DNA of 64,000 nucleotides from a virus: IMG/VR virus record IMGVR_UViG_3300045988_120820, positions 1 to 64,000 of that record; one strand, 5' to 3'. Shown piece by piece: positions 1 to 9,456 of this stretch (position 1 is its first letter; each line of letters starts with the position of its first letter). The notes under the pieces were generated by a model. It saw only the letters and a program-made list of their open reading frames with translations, ran no database searches and was not told where the DNA came from. The position numbers and the translations under genes were made by a program.

Positions 1-18
1 AAAATTATTAAAAAGCTC

Positions 19-48
19 TTGACAAATTAAAATAAAGTGTGATACAAT
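19..48 (+). promoter_or_regulatory. sigma-A-type promoter (TTGACA-N18-TACAAT with TG extension)
   Basis: TTGACA 19-24, TGATACAAT 40-48, SD AGGAG 71-75, ATG 86. Confidence 0.6.
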
Positions 49-85
49 TAAAGCATAATAATAAATAAAAAGGAGAAATGATAAT

Positions 86-361
86 ATGAAAACAAATAAA
101 CAAAGAATTGAAGAAAAATTAAATAAAGAAGGTTTTATAATAGGTTGTTGGGATAAATCAATAGAAAAACTAAATTATAACAACATTAAAAAAGTATTAG
201 ATGATATTCCTTTTGGAGCTACTGATATACAAGTATCTTATAACAGAAAAAAATATATAATAGAAATAAATGATGTAGATAATGAATACGATTTTAAGAT
301 GACTTCAAAGACTTCATACTTAAATAAATACGATGATGACGAATACTGTAATAAATGGTAG
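86..361 (+). CDS. hypothetical early protein
   Basis: Track ORF; own promoter and AGGAG SD; followed by GGGA-TTTATA-TCCC hairpin. Confidence 0.7.
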   Translation: MKTNKQRIEEKLNKEGFIIGCWDKSIEKLNYNNIKKVLDDIPFGATDIQVSYNRKKYIIEINDVDNEYDFKMTSKTSYLNKYDDDEYCNKW

Positions 362-416
362 GGATTTATATCCCTCCAGCTCTTAAAAATAATTAATAAA
401 ATTATTAAAAAAGTTA

Positions 417-446
417 TTGACAAATATATCTACAATGATATATAAT
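417..446 (+). promoter_or_regulatory. sigma-A-type promoter
   Basis: TTGACA 417-422, TGATATATAAT 436-446, just downstream of junction motif at 386. Confidence 0.55.
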
Positions 447-480
447 ATAAGTATAATAAATAAAAAGGAGAATGATAAAT

Positions 481-1068
481 ATGTTAAAAGAAAAAATGAT
501 ACAATTGTTAAATGTTTTAGAAATAAAAGACTTTGAAGAAATAGAATTATTTGAAAATAATGAAAATCTAGTACGCATAGATAATGAAGAATACTTAGTA
601 TTCGACGAAGAAGAGAGAAAAGAACAATTTCAAGATTATCAAGAAGAATTAATAGACGAATTAGGACTAGACGCTTTTTCAGAATATGCAAAGGATTATA
701 TAATTAATCATTTTGTAGACCAAAACTTCTTTGACGAATCACAAGAAGAATATTGGAGAAGTTATTTAATAGATATAGAACATGAACCTTCAGAAGAGTA
801 TGAAAATAGATTAATCGAAGAAATGAATAAAAACGGATTTTCTGAAGACTATGAGTATCTTAATTACTTATGTGAACAAGACAGTATAGAATGGTTTATA
901 GACACTTTTGGCGAAGATATATTTAAACATGAAATAATCAGACATAATTTAATAGATTATGACGAAATAATAGATTGGGTGTTATATGAAGACGGCTATA
1001 GTTGTTTGGCAACATATGACGGCGTAGAAATTGAATTAGATAACTATTTTGCATATAGAGTAAACTAA
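481..1068 (+). CDS. highly acidic hypothetical protein (DNA-mimic/anti-restriction role is speculation only)
   Basis: Track ORF 472-1068; start moved to ATG 481 (AGGAG 9-10 nt upstream); very D/E-rich. Confidence 0.65.
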   Translation: MLKEKMIQLLNVLEIKDFEEIELFENNENLVRIDNEEYLVFDEEERKEQFQDYQEELIDELGLDAFSEYAKDYIINHFVDQNFFDESQEEYWRSYLIDIEHEPSEEYENRLIEEMNKNGFSEDYEYLNYLCEQDSIEWFIDTFGEDIFKHEIIRHNLIDYDEIIDWVLYEDGYSCLATYDGVEIELDNYFAYRVN

Positions 1069-1147
1069 TTATTAATCGAAGGTTTTGTGGGTTGTCCTTT
1101 AAAACTCACTGCTCTTAAAAATAATTAATAAAATTATTAAAAAATTA

Positions 1148-1177
1148 TTGACAATAAAATATAGAGTGTGTTACTAT
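1148..1177 (+). promoter_or_regulatory. sigma-A-type promoter
   Basis: TTGACA 1148-1153, TGTTACTAT 1169-1177 (18-nt spacer). Confidence 0.55.
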
Positions 1178-1211
1178 ATAAGTAAGATAATAAATAGGAG
1201 GGGAAAAGAAT

Positions 1212-1448
1212 ATGAAAAAAATGTTAGAAAATTTAAAAAGTGAATTAGTTGGTTATAAAATGAGCATGATAGAATTAGATAATTCAATGATGGGATTTGG
1301 ATTTAAAAGTATCTATGACGAAGGAACAGAAGAAAATATAATAGAGGATGGTAATGGAGTATGGACAAGTGAAAATGGAGATATACAAATATATTTAGAA
1401 GGTGATTTAGGTAGTTTGGTTGTTACAAAAATAGAGGATTTTAAATAA
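1212..1448 (+). CDS. hypothetical protein
   Basis: Track ORF; SD GGAGGGG upstream. Confidence 0.65.
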   Translation: MKKMLENLKSELVGYKMSMIELDNSMMGFGFKSIYDEGTEENIIEDGNGVWTSENGDIQIYLEGDLGSLVVTKIEDFK

Positions 1449-1487
1449 TCCTTCAGCTCAAAAAATAAATAATATTGGAGGGATTGA

Positions 1488-2231
1488 ATGATGAAAAAAT
1501 ATATTAAAAGTCCAATGAATTATACAGGTGGAAAAGGGAAATTATTAAATCAAATATTACCACTATTTCCAAAAAATATAAACACTTTTGTAGATTTATT
1601 TACAGGTGGTTGTAATGTAGCAGTGAATGTTAATGCTAATAAAATCATAGCCAATGATTTATGCACTCAAGTAATAGATACATGTAAAGGAATACAAAAT
1701 AATAATACAGAGAAAGCTATCGAAATGATAGAAAAAATAATTAACGAATATGATTTAAGTAAAGAAAACAAAGAAGGTTATTTAGAATTAAGAAAAGCTT
1801 ACAATGATGGTAATAAAGAATGGCATATATTCTATACTTTATTAGCTTATTCATTCAATAATCAAATTAGATTCAATAAAAAAGGCGAATTTAATATGCC
1901 TTTTGGAAAGGGTAGAAGTAGTTTTAACCCAACTTTAAAAAAGAAATTTGAAGACTTTTCAAACGCAATTCATAATAAAAATATAAAATTTACAAATAAC
2001 GATTTTAAAAAATTAAATATAGATAAATTAAAGAATGATGATTTTGTATATTTAGACCCACCATACTTAGTAACAGAAGCTACTTACAATACAGGTTGGA
2101 ATGAAGAAACTGAAAAAGAATTATTATCATTATGTGACAGATTAAATGAAAAAGGTATAAAATTTGCAATATCTAATGTATTAGAACATAATGGAAGTAA
2201 AAACGAAATATTAATAAACATGGGAAAATGA
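1488..2231 (+). CDS. dam: N6-adenine DNA methyltransferase, Dam/D12 class
   Basis: N-terminal YTGGK, FVDLFTGGCNV (AdoMet motif), DPPY catalytic motif. Confidence 0.85.
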   Translation: MMKKYIKSPMNYTGGKGKLLNQILPLFPKNINTFVDLFTGGCNVAVNVNANKIIANDLCTQVIDTCKGIQNNNTEKAIEMIEKIINEYDLSKENKEGYLELRKAYNDGNKEWHIFYTLLAYSFNNQIRFNKKGEFNMPFGKGRSSFNPTLKKKFEDFSNAIHNKNIKFTNNDFKKLNIDKLKNDDFVYLDPPYLVTEATYNTGWNEETEKELLSLCDRLNEKGIKFAISNVLEHNGSKNEILINMGK

Positions 2232-2350
2232 TGGTCAAATATAGTGTACTTGATATATAAAATTAATCAAGGGATTTTAATTAATCCCTAGCTCAAAGCT
2301 ATCATGATTAAATGATAGTAAAAATAATTAATAAAATTATTAAAAAGTTC

Positions 2351-2379
2351 TTGTAATTCAAATTTAAATATGCTATACT
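2351..2379 (+). promoter_or_regulatory. sigma-A-type promoter
   Basis: TTGTAA 2351-2356, TGCTATACT 2371-2379 (17-nt spacer). Confidence 0.5.
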
Positions 2380-2412
2380 TTAGGTATAGTAATTAATAAA
2401 GGAGTGATAAAT

Positions 2413-2937
2413 ATGAAAAAATCTGAAAGATTTTTAAATTTATTAAGAGAAGAAAAGATACAAGAAGAAATTAAAGAATTGTATTGTGAACTTCATAAAA
2501 ACCTTTGGACTGACGGTTATGTAAAACATGATATAATCTTATCTAAAGATGGCACAGTAGATTATACAACTTATGTTGGCAATGAAACACGAATGGATGT
2601 ATATAATGGAGATAGCATAGTTATAATAACAATAGATGAATATCCAGATGTGACAGATGAGGATTTAGGAGAATTAGTAGAAGTCTGGAATTATGACGAA
2701 TACATTGAATGGTTACATGATGAAGTTATAGATGAATATGATTGTGAAACAGAAGAAGAAATACAAGAATATGCAGAAGACTATTATGATGATTGGCAAA
2801 AATATTCAGAATTCGATTATGAAACATATCAAGAATGTCAATTGGAAGTCTGGGAATCTCTGTGTGAACAATACGATTTAGAAGTAATAGAATACAAAAT
2901 ATATGCAGTCATGGAAAATTTAAAGGACATCATATAA
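2413..2937 (+). CDS. acidic hypothetical protein
   Basis: Track ORF 2404-2937; start moved to ATG 2413 after GGAG; D/E/Y-rich. Confidence 0.65.
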   Translation: MKKSERFLNLLREEKIQEEIKELYCELHKNLWTDGYVKHDIILSKDGTVDYTTYVGNETRMDVYNGDSIVIITIDEYPDVTDEDLGELVEVWNYDEYIEWLHDEVIDEYDCETEEEIQEYAEDYYDDWQKYSEFDYETYQECQLEVWESLCEQYDLEVIEYKIYAVMENLKDII

Positions 2938-3028
2938 TGTTTTAAGTAAGAAATAATTAATAAGAGGGTTAATTAATCCTCTTAAGCTCTTGGAATGATA
3001 ATAAAATATATTAATTGGAGGTGTTACT

Positions 3029-3598
3029 ATGTGGGATGAAAATAAAATAAGAGATTATATGTTAGAAGTTGCTAATAAGATGACTGCTAGAGATAGGGAT
3101 ATAGTGTTAAAAGATGTAGAAACATTACCTATAAAAATAGATGGTAGATTGACTAAAAATATGGCTTATGTATCGATGAGTATAGATATTGAAACAAAAG
3201 AGGTAATTAATGCTGTGCAATTCAAATTCAGTAAAAGATTATTCTATTATAATGATGATGAAATTAAACATGTTATAGAGCATGAATTAATGCATTTACT
3301 TGTTAATTTAAAATATAAAAAAGATATGGAACATAATAAAATATGGAAAATTTATTGTAATAAATATGGTATTCCAGATAATCAGTATTTTGAAAATGAT
3401 ATTGATATTGAAAAGGATGCTTATAGATATCATGTATATTGTAAGCTATGTGGCAAATATCTAGGAGGATATTCAAGATTATCACAAAATCAAGTGATGA
3501 AATTAATATACATGAGTAAACATGGAACTGACAATGGAAAAATAAGAATATATGATAACAAATTAGGCAAAGATGTTGAATTTAAGTTTTCTTTATAA
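3029..3598 (+). CDS. SprT-like zinc-metalloprotease-domain protein
   Basis: HELMH (HExxH) plus C-terminal CxxC ribbon; paralog of 4693-5316. Confidence 0.65.
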   Translation: MWDENKIRDYMLEVANKMTARDRDIVLKDVETLPIKIDGRLTKNMAYVSMSIDIETKEVINAVQFKFSKRLFYYNDDEIKHVIEHELMHLLVNLKYKKDMEHNKIWKIYCNKYGIPDNQYFENDIDIEKDAYRYHVYCKLCGKYLGGYSRLSQNQVMKLIYMSKHGTDNGKIRIYDNKLGKDVEFKFSL

Positions 3599-3624
3599 TT
3601 AGTTGAAAATAATTAATAAAACCC

Positions 3625-3654
3625 TTGACAAATGATGGCTAAATATGATATTAT
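3625..3654 (+). promoter_or_regulatory. sigma-A-type promoter
   Basis: TTGACA 3625-3630, TGATATTAT 3646-3654 (18-nt spacer). Confidence 0.55.
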
Positions 3655-3674
3655 TTATATAAGGAGATGATAAC

Positions 3675-3974
3675 ATGGATGAAAATGTATGTGCGAATTG
3701 TGACTATAATAAGATGTGGGGAGGTAATTGTGAATATGAACAAGAAGAAAAATGCATATATGCTACAGCAAGATATTTAACTCATGATGACAGAAAAAAT
3801 ATAGAAAAAAAATTAATTATGATAGAATATCTATTAGATGATATAATAGATATAGATAAAGAAAATACAATGGAAGATTTAACAGATAAGATTTCAGATG
3901 TATTGTGTGAAATGGAATATGAAGTCAAATATAGAATTAGAGACTTTGAATATATGAAAAAGAATGGTAATTAA
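3675..3974 (+). CDS. small Cys-rich hypothetical protein
   Basis: Track ORF; SD AAGGAG; N-terminal CxxC...C...C cluster. Confidence 0.65.
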   Translation: MDENVCANCDYNKMWGGNCEYEQEEKCIYATARYLTHDDRKNIEKKLIMIEYLLDDIIDIDKENTMEDLTDKISDVLCEMEYEVKYRIRDFEYMKKNGN

Positions 3975-4046
3975 GGAGGGGTTTTAAATAACCTTCCAGC
4001 TCTTGAAATGATAGTAAAAATAATTAATAAATTTTTTAAAAAGCTC

Positions 4047-4080
4047 TTGACATCTTAGTTAAATTCATATATGATAATAT
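4047..4080 (+). promoter_or_regulatory. probable sigma-A-type promoter
   Basis: TTGACA 4047-4052; A/T-rich -10 candidates (ATGATAATAT 4071-4080), exact hexamer unclear. Confidence 0.4.
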
Positions 4081-4113
4081 TAAGATTAAGATAATTGAAA
4101 GGGGTTTTATAAT

Positions 4114-4551
4114 ATGAGCAAATATATAACATTACCAAGCACAGTAACAATGACTACTTTAGCATTAACAAAAAGTTTATCAACTAAACCAGTATCAGCA
4201 TCACCAGTAATAACATACATTACTCCAGCAACTGTAAAACCACACATAAGCAAAGTAATTTGCACTCTAAAAGCATCTAGTACTCCAGCAACAATGTTAC
4301 CTTACCTTGTAGGTTATAAAATAGCATTGCGTGGCACTCGCCACAAATATGTATGCGTGCATAGTGCTAAAATTCCAACATCTTTGTTGATAGTATCAAC
4401 AACATCAACTGGTATTATTACTTATACAGGTATGAGCTACAGTGGTGGTTATGCACATTATCCAGTACATGTATTTCCATACACTAGCACAACAACATTA
4501 ACTGGTTTAATAAAGATGCTAAAAAGTGGTATGTATACATTACTACCATAA
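4114..4551 (+). CDS. Thr/Ser/Pro-rich basic protein with no acidic residues (compositional outlier)
   Basis: Track ORF with own promoter and SD; 145 aa without D, E, N, Q or W. Confidence 0.5.
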   Translation: MSKYITLPSTVTMTTLALTKSLSTKPVSASPVITYITPATVKPHISKVICTLKASSTPATMLPYLVGYKIALRGTRHKYVCVHSAKIPTSLLIVSTTSTGIITYTGMSYSGGYAHYPVHVFPYTSTTTLTGLIKMLKSGMYTLLP

Positions 4552-4692
4552 TCTTTAAAAGGTTTGCAGGTAATCCTTTAAAACCTGCTAAAAAGATTAT
4601 CAAAATAATTAATAAAAATAATTAATAATTTTTTTAAAAGCTTTTGGCAATGATAGTAAAAATAATTAATAAATAATATCAAGGGGGATTGA

Positions 4693-5316
4693 ATGATGGG
4701 GAAAAACGTTAATAAAAATAAAGGGAAAACTTGGACACCAAAAGATATAAGAAGTTATATGAAGAATTTTGTTTCTACTTTAAACGAAGAAGACAGAATT
4801 GTAATAGGAGATGTAATTAATACAATTCCAATAACTATAGACGGACGACTTAAAAATAGTCTAGGTTACTTCTCTGGTATATATAAAAGAAGTGGAGAAT
4901 TTGTAGAACCTGTAAAATTTAAATTTGCCAAACGTATTAACTGTTATGACGATAACACTATAAAACATATTATAAATCACGAATTAATTCACTTATTATC
5001 AGACAAGAAGTATGGTAAAAGTACAAGTCATGGGGAAGAGTGGAAAGAATGTTGCCATAAATACGGAGTAAATGATGATGAATTCTTTGAATCCAATTTA
5101 GAGCTTGAAAAAGATTATTACCGTTATCATATATATTGTCAGAAATGTGGAAAATTAATTGGCACTAAAGATAGATTATCTAAAGCAGGTATAATCGAAT
5201 TATTACTATATGGCAAACATACAGTAGATTATGGAATATTAAAGATATACGACAGTAAAGAAGGCAAATATCTTAAATTAAACAATATAATGGTAAATGA
5301 TAGTGAAAATAATTAA
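4693..5316 (+). CDS. SprT-like zinc-metalloprotease-domain protein (paralog)
   Basis: HELIH motif, CxxC ribbon, colinear similarity to 3029-3598. Confidence 0.65.
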   Translation: MMGKNVNKNKGKTWTPKDIRSYMKNFVSTLNEEDRIVIGDVINTIPITIDGRLKNSLGYFSGIYKRSGEFVEPVKFKFAKRINCYDDNTIKHIINHELIHLLSDKKYGKSTSHGEEWKECCHKYGVNDDEFFESNLELEKDYYRYHIYCQKCGKLIGTKDRLSKAGIIELLLYGKHTVDYGILKIYDSKEGKYLKLNNIMVNDSENN

Positions 5317-5324
5317 TAAAAATG

Positions 5325-5354
5325 TTGACAAATGATAATAAATTATGATATGAT
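5325..5354 (+). promoter_or_regulatory. sigma-A-type promoter
   Basis: TTGACA 5325-5330, TGATATGAT 5346-5354 (18-nt spacer). Confidence 0.55.
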
Positions 5355-5385
5355 TAATATATAAAACATAAGGAGGTTGGTAATT

Positions 5386-5868
5386 ATGAATAAAAAAATA
5401 TCAGTACTAATATTAACAGGAATGTTATCAATATCTATGATAGGATGTAAAAATGCTGAACTTGATTCTGTGTCAGAAAATACAACTCAACAAATGGATG
5501 ATGAAACAAAAGATAAACAAAAACAACAACTGGTAGAAATAGCATATTATTTAACCGAAAATAAGGTGGATGAAATATTCTATGGAAAAGATTACAGTTA
5601 TAAAATGGAAAAGGATGGTTTAGTATTAACCAACTATTTCCAACACAATGAGATATCCAATGCTATATATACTGATAAATGGGATAATCTGTGTGATTCA
5701 TTAAAAGAAACATCTAGTACATTAAAAGAATACTTAAACGACAAAGGTTACACTAATGTTAGCTTTACAATTCAAATTTGTGACGCAAAGGATAGGGAGG
5801 AAACTTGTTATTTGATAATAAAAGATGGTGAAATTGTATTTAACATAGCAGATAACATGAATCAATAA
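5386..5868 (+). CDS. lipoprotein (signal peptide plus lipobox ...SMIGC)
   Basis: Start moved to ATG 5386; MNKKISVLILTGMLSISMIGC; paralog of 16732-17223. Confidence 0.7.
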   Translation: MNKKISVLILTGMLSISMIGCKNAELDSVSENTTQQMDDETKDKQKQQLVEIAYYLTENKVDEIFYGKDYSYKMEKDGLVLTNYFQHNEISNAIYTDKWDNLCDSLKETSSTLKEYLNDKGYTNVSFTIQICDAKDREETCYLIIKDGEIVFNIADNMNQ

Positions 5869-5903
5869 AAGAACTAAAATGATGACAAATAATATTAATT
5901 GAT

Positions 5904-5934
5904 AGGCTAGATTTTATTCTAGTCTATTCTTTTA
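5904..5934 (+). terminator. candidate intrinsic terminator
   Basis: AGGCTAG-loop-CTAGTCT hairpin followed by T-rich tract. Confidence 0.45.
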
Positions 5935-5971
5935 TAGTTCAAAAAGATTTTAAAAATTATTAATAAAACTA

Positions 5972-6000
5972 TTGACAAAATATACCACGTGATATATACT
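5972..6000 (+). promoter_or_regulatory. sigma-A-type promoter
   Basis: TTGACA 5972-5977, TATACT 5995-6000 (17-nt spacer). Confidence 0.5.
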
Positions 6001-6032
6001 TATACATATAAGATATAAAAAGGGAGGAAAAG

Positions 6033-6932
6033 ATGATGGAAAAAGTTAATAATATGGAAAAATTAATAAATAATTATATTAAATACCTACAAGAGATTAA
6101 AAACTTATCACCTAAAAGTATTAAATCATATATTCCAGTAGTAAAAGAAATGATTAAAGATTGTAACTTTAAAACAATTGAAGATATACAAAACTCTAAT
6201 GTGGTAATATTACAAAATTGGCTAAAGAAGAAAGAAAGCGAAGGATTATCTAATCAAAGTATAAACAGAAGGATAGCTAGTTGTAAATCATTTTATGGTT
6301 ATCTTGTTGCATTTAGGATTATTGATTTTAATGCCAGTAAGGAATTGAAACAATTAAGAATTGAAAGCAAAGGCAAGACTGGGAACACAGGACAAGTTGA
6401 CAAAATAAGAACTTATTTAGAATCTGAATATAATAGAAAACCTAATTATATGAATATGAGAAATAGATTGATTGTTGAAGTCATGCTTAATTGTGCTTTA
6501 AGAAATAGCGAATTAAGACAATTAAACATAGATAGCATTAATCCTAACACTGGAGAATTTACAGTAATTCAAAAAGGTGGCACTAATAAACCTTGCGTAT
6601 TATCTAGTAAAACATTACAACTATATAATGAGTACATGATAGAACGTAACAGAATCCCTTCTAAGGATAATTCTCTATTCCTTAGTAGTTATAAGAGTAG
6701 AATAAGTATTGGTGGCTTAGAAAAGCTTATACACAATATAACAGAGGTTACAGGACAGAAACTCAATCCCCACGATTTACGTCATATTTCAGCTACAAAA
6801 TACGTGGAAGCTGGTTATTCATGCGATGAAGTCGCTAAGTTATTAGGTCATTCAAGTAGTAATACAACTTTTAGATTTTATTATCACCAAGACAATGACA
6901 ATAAAAAAGCTATGGCTGAAAATGTATGGTAA
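6033..6932 (+). CDS. tyrosine recombinase/integrase (XerC/D-like)
   Basis: ALRNSELRQL (Arg), HDLRH (HxxR), LGHSSSNTTFRFYYH (His..Tyr) catalytic signature. Confidence 0.85.
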   Translation: MMEKVNNMEKLINNYIKYLQEIKNLSPKSIKSYIPVVKEMIKDCNFKTIEDIQNSNVVILQNWLKKKESEGLSNQSINRRIASCKSFYGYLVAFRIIDFNASKELKQLRIESKGKTGNTGQVDKIRTYLESEYNRKPNYMNMRNRLIVEVMLNCALRNSELRQLNIDSINPNTGEFTVIQKGGTNKPCVLSSKTLQLYNEYMIERNRIPSKDNSLFLSSYKSRISIGGLEKLIHNITEVTGQKLNPHDLRHISATKYVEAGYSCDEVAKLLGHSSSNTTFRFYYHQDNDNKKAMAENVW

Positions 6933-6939
6933 GTAACCA

Positions 6940-6967
6940 TTGACAAATATATTATAAGTGGTATAAT
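6940..6967 (+). promoter_or_regulatory. sigma-A-type promoter
   Basis: TTGACA 6940-6945, TGGTATAAT 6959-6967. Confidence 0.55.
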
Positions 6968-7032
6968 TATTGCGTGGAGTGGTTATATCACTTATAATAA
7001 TAAAAATAATTAATAAACAAGGAGGAGATATT

Positions 7033-7845
7033 ATGGGTATTAAAACAGATAGAATAGGAGAAAAGAATATAAATAACTTTGGAAGTGAAATGATAATAGT
7101 TAATTCTTATATGAAATTCAATGATAAATATAAAAGAAATTATACTTATATAGACGTTTATTTCCCAGAGTATAATTGGACTTTTAAGGGAGAAACATAT
7201 CAATCTTTTAAAAAAGGTAATATACGCTGTCCATACGAACCTAGAGTGTTGAATAAAGGTTATTTAGGTGAAGGAAAATATAAAGCGTATAATAAAAACG
7301 GGAAACCAACTAGATGTTATGATAGTTGGAAACATATGTTAAAGAGATGTTATGATGAAAAAATTCATAAGAAACATCCGACTTATAAAAACTGTAAAGT
7401 TTGTAATGAATGGTTAAATTATCAAAAATTTGCAGAATGGTATTATAATAATTATTATGAAGTTAATAACGAAGTTATGTGTCTTGATAAAGATATATTA
7501 AATAAAGGTAATAAGATTTATAGTCCAGATAATTGTGTATTTGTACCTAATAGTATAAACGTTTTGTTTACTAAAAATGATATGAAAAGAGGTGATTATC
7601 CTATAGGTGTGAGTTATTATAAACAAAATAGAAAATTTGTGGCAAAATGTAGTATTTATAATTATGAAGAAAATAAAAAGAAAAGCGTATTTTTAGGGTA
7701 TTATGACACACCACAAAAAGCATTTGAAGTTTATAAAGAGTTTAAAGAAAATCATATTAAGGATGTAGCAGAACTATACAAAAAACAGATTTCAGATAAA
7801 TTATATAAAGCTATGTATGATTATAAAGTTGAAGTAAGCGATTAA
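7033..7845 (+). CDS. free-standing homing-endonuclease-like protein, AP2/degenerate-HNH family, copy 1
   Basis: Start moved to ATG 7033 (GGAGGAG SD); shares NFGSEM..YxxWxxMLxRCY..LDKDIL..YSPDNC..FVP..IN and AP2-like IGV..LGYY..A..Y with six paralogs. Confidence 0.7.
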   Translation: MGIKTDRIGEKNINNFGSEMIIVNSYMKFNDKYKRNYTYIDVYFPEYNWTFKGETYQSFKKGNIRCPYEPRVLNKGYLGEGKYKAYNKNGKPTRCYDSWKHMLKRCYDEKIHKKHPTYKNCKVCNEWLNYQKFAEWYYNNYYEVNNEVMCLDKDILNKGNKIYSPDNCVFVPNSINVLFTKNDMKRGDYPIGVSYYKQNRKFVAKCSIYNYEENKKKSVFLGYYDTPQKAFEVYKEFKENHIKDVAELYKKQISDKLYKAMYDYKVEVSD

Positions 7846-7930
7846 CAGTAGGAGTGATAAAATTGAGTGATTATTTAGAAAAGATTTAAATTTAATAGTT
7901 GTTAAAACTAAAGAAAACGCATTACCACCT

Positions 7931-8149
7931 ATGACAATAACTTTAGATGAAAAATATTTAAATAAATGGATAATAGTTGACGAAATACAACAAATTCCTA
8001 AAGATTTAAATATAAAAAATGTAAATGGTAAAAATATTAATTTGAATACATTTGTTAAAATATTAGGAGAGAGTCATTATGTAGTTCATAAGAAAAGAAA
8101 GACTGTCAACAAAATTAAAAATACATATTACTTTATACATAAAATATAA
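7931..8149 (+). CDS. hypothetical protein, probably 5'-truncated by a frameshift (see TTG 7863)
   Basis: Track ORF lacks an SD; frame stays open upstream to 7871; canonical SD plus TTG 7863 lies in another frame. Confidence 0.35.
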   Translation: MTITLDEKYLNKWIIVDEIQQIPKDLNIKNVNGKNINLNTFVKILGESHYVVHKKRKTVNKIKNTYYFIHKI

Positions 8150-8267
8150 ATACTAATTATAAAAAGAGGACAGGGTTCGTTACCTTTCAATTGTAGTGGA
8201 ACGATGCTTGTCCACTTATGTTAAATATTATAGTTTTATCAAATTAATAAAAAAAGGAGGATATATT

Positions 8268-8525
8268 ATGAATATATTAAAACAAAAACAAGTCAACGAC
8301 TTTATAGAACACAGTAGAAAGAAATTGGAAGATACACTGATTGTTAATTATACGCTGAAGGAATTTGCTGAAATACTGAACATTCCAGCAAATGAACAAT
8401 TGATAGTATTAGCTTTTCAAGATTTATATTATAATACTCAACTTACATGGTATAATTTACAACTAATATATAATAAAAAGGATAATAATTTTTTATTATT
8501 CAATTATATAGATAAAAATAATTAA
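8268..8525 (+). CDS. hypothetical protein
   Basis: Start moved to ATG 8268 after AAGGAGG; ends ..KNN inside junction motif. Confidence 0.6.
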   Translation: MNILKQKQVNDFIEHSRKKLEDTLIVNYTLKEFAEILNIPANEQLIVLAFQDLYYNTQLTWYNLQLIYNKKDNNFLLFNYIDKNN

Positions 8526-8539
8526 TAAAGGAGGACATT

Positions 8540-9315
8540 ATGAAGAGTAATAAAGATAGAACTGGAGAAAAGAATTATAATACATTTGGAAGTGAAATGG
8601 TGATAATAGAGTATAGAAGCACATTAGATATAGACGTTTATTTTTCAGAGTATAATTATATTGCTAAAGGAGTACAATATGGAAATTTTAAAAGAGGCAA
8701 TATAAAATGCCCATATGATAAAGTTGTATATGGCATCGGCTATATCGGAGAAGGTAAATATAAAACATGGGAAAATGGTAAACAAACTAAGGTTTATTCT
8801 ACATGGTATGCTATGTTACAAAGGTGTTATGATGAAAAATACCATAAGAGACAACCTACATATAAAGACTGTAAAGTTTATGATAAATGGCTGAACCTTC
8901 AAAACTTTGCAGAATGGTATGAAGACAATTATTATGAGGTAGAAGGGGAAAGAATGGAATTGGACAAGGATATTCTAGTTAAACATAATAAAATATACAG
9001 TCCCGATACTTGTGTGTTTGTACCTCAAACAATTAATACTTTATTTGTTAAATGTGATAAAGCTAGAGGTGAATCAGTTATTGGAACAAGTCCTAAAAAT
9101 GGCAAATATGTAGTGCAATGTCGTATAATTAACCCTAAAACAGGTAAATCAAAAAAGGATATTTAGGCACTTACGAGACACAAGAAAAAGGCTTTGAAAT
9201 CTATAAATACCACAAAGAATGTAACATTAAAGAAGTAGCTGATTATTATTTTGGAAGAATACCACAGAAATTATATAATGGCTTATATAGATACGAAGTT
9301 GAAATTACAGATTGA
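8540..9315 (+). pseudogene. AP2/HNH-like endonuclease family copy 2, frameshifted in an A6 run (9151-9156)
   Basis: ORF stops at 9166; family C-terminus (LGTYETQEKGFEIYKY..YEVEITD) continues in another frame to TGA 9313-9315. Confidence 0.7.
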
Positions 9316-9342
9316 AAATAGAACTAAATAATCATTGCTTTC

Positions 9343-9370
9343 AAGAGGTATAAAACCTCTTATTTTTTTT
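9343..9370 (+). terminator. intrinsic terminator
   Basis: AAGAGGT-ATAAA-ACCTCTT hairpin followed by T8. Confidence 0.7.
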
Positions 9371-9456
9371 GCTTTATTTTTCAAAATAATTAATAAATTG
9401 TGAATATTTAAACTCCATTTTGTATATAATATAGTAAAGAAAATTAATAAAGTTAG

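Noticed and set aside
6033-6932. Attachment site (attP) next to the tyrosine recombinase
   Set aside because: I could not identify arm-type or core repeats in the flanks beyond the generic promoter, terminator and junction motifs. Without the host sequence no att core can be supported.
8160-8215. tRNA-like fragment (GGTTCGTTACC resembling a T-loop) with nested stems GGACA...TGTCC
   Set aside because: No acceptor, D or anticodon arms can be drawn. It is probably just a hairpin in the 5' region of the 8268 gene. I found no convincing tRNA, rRNA or tmRNA anywhere in the window.
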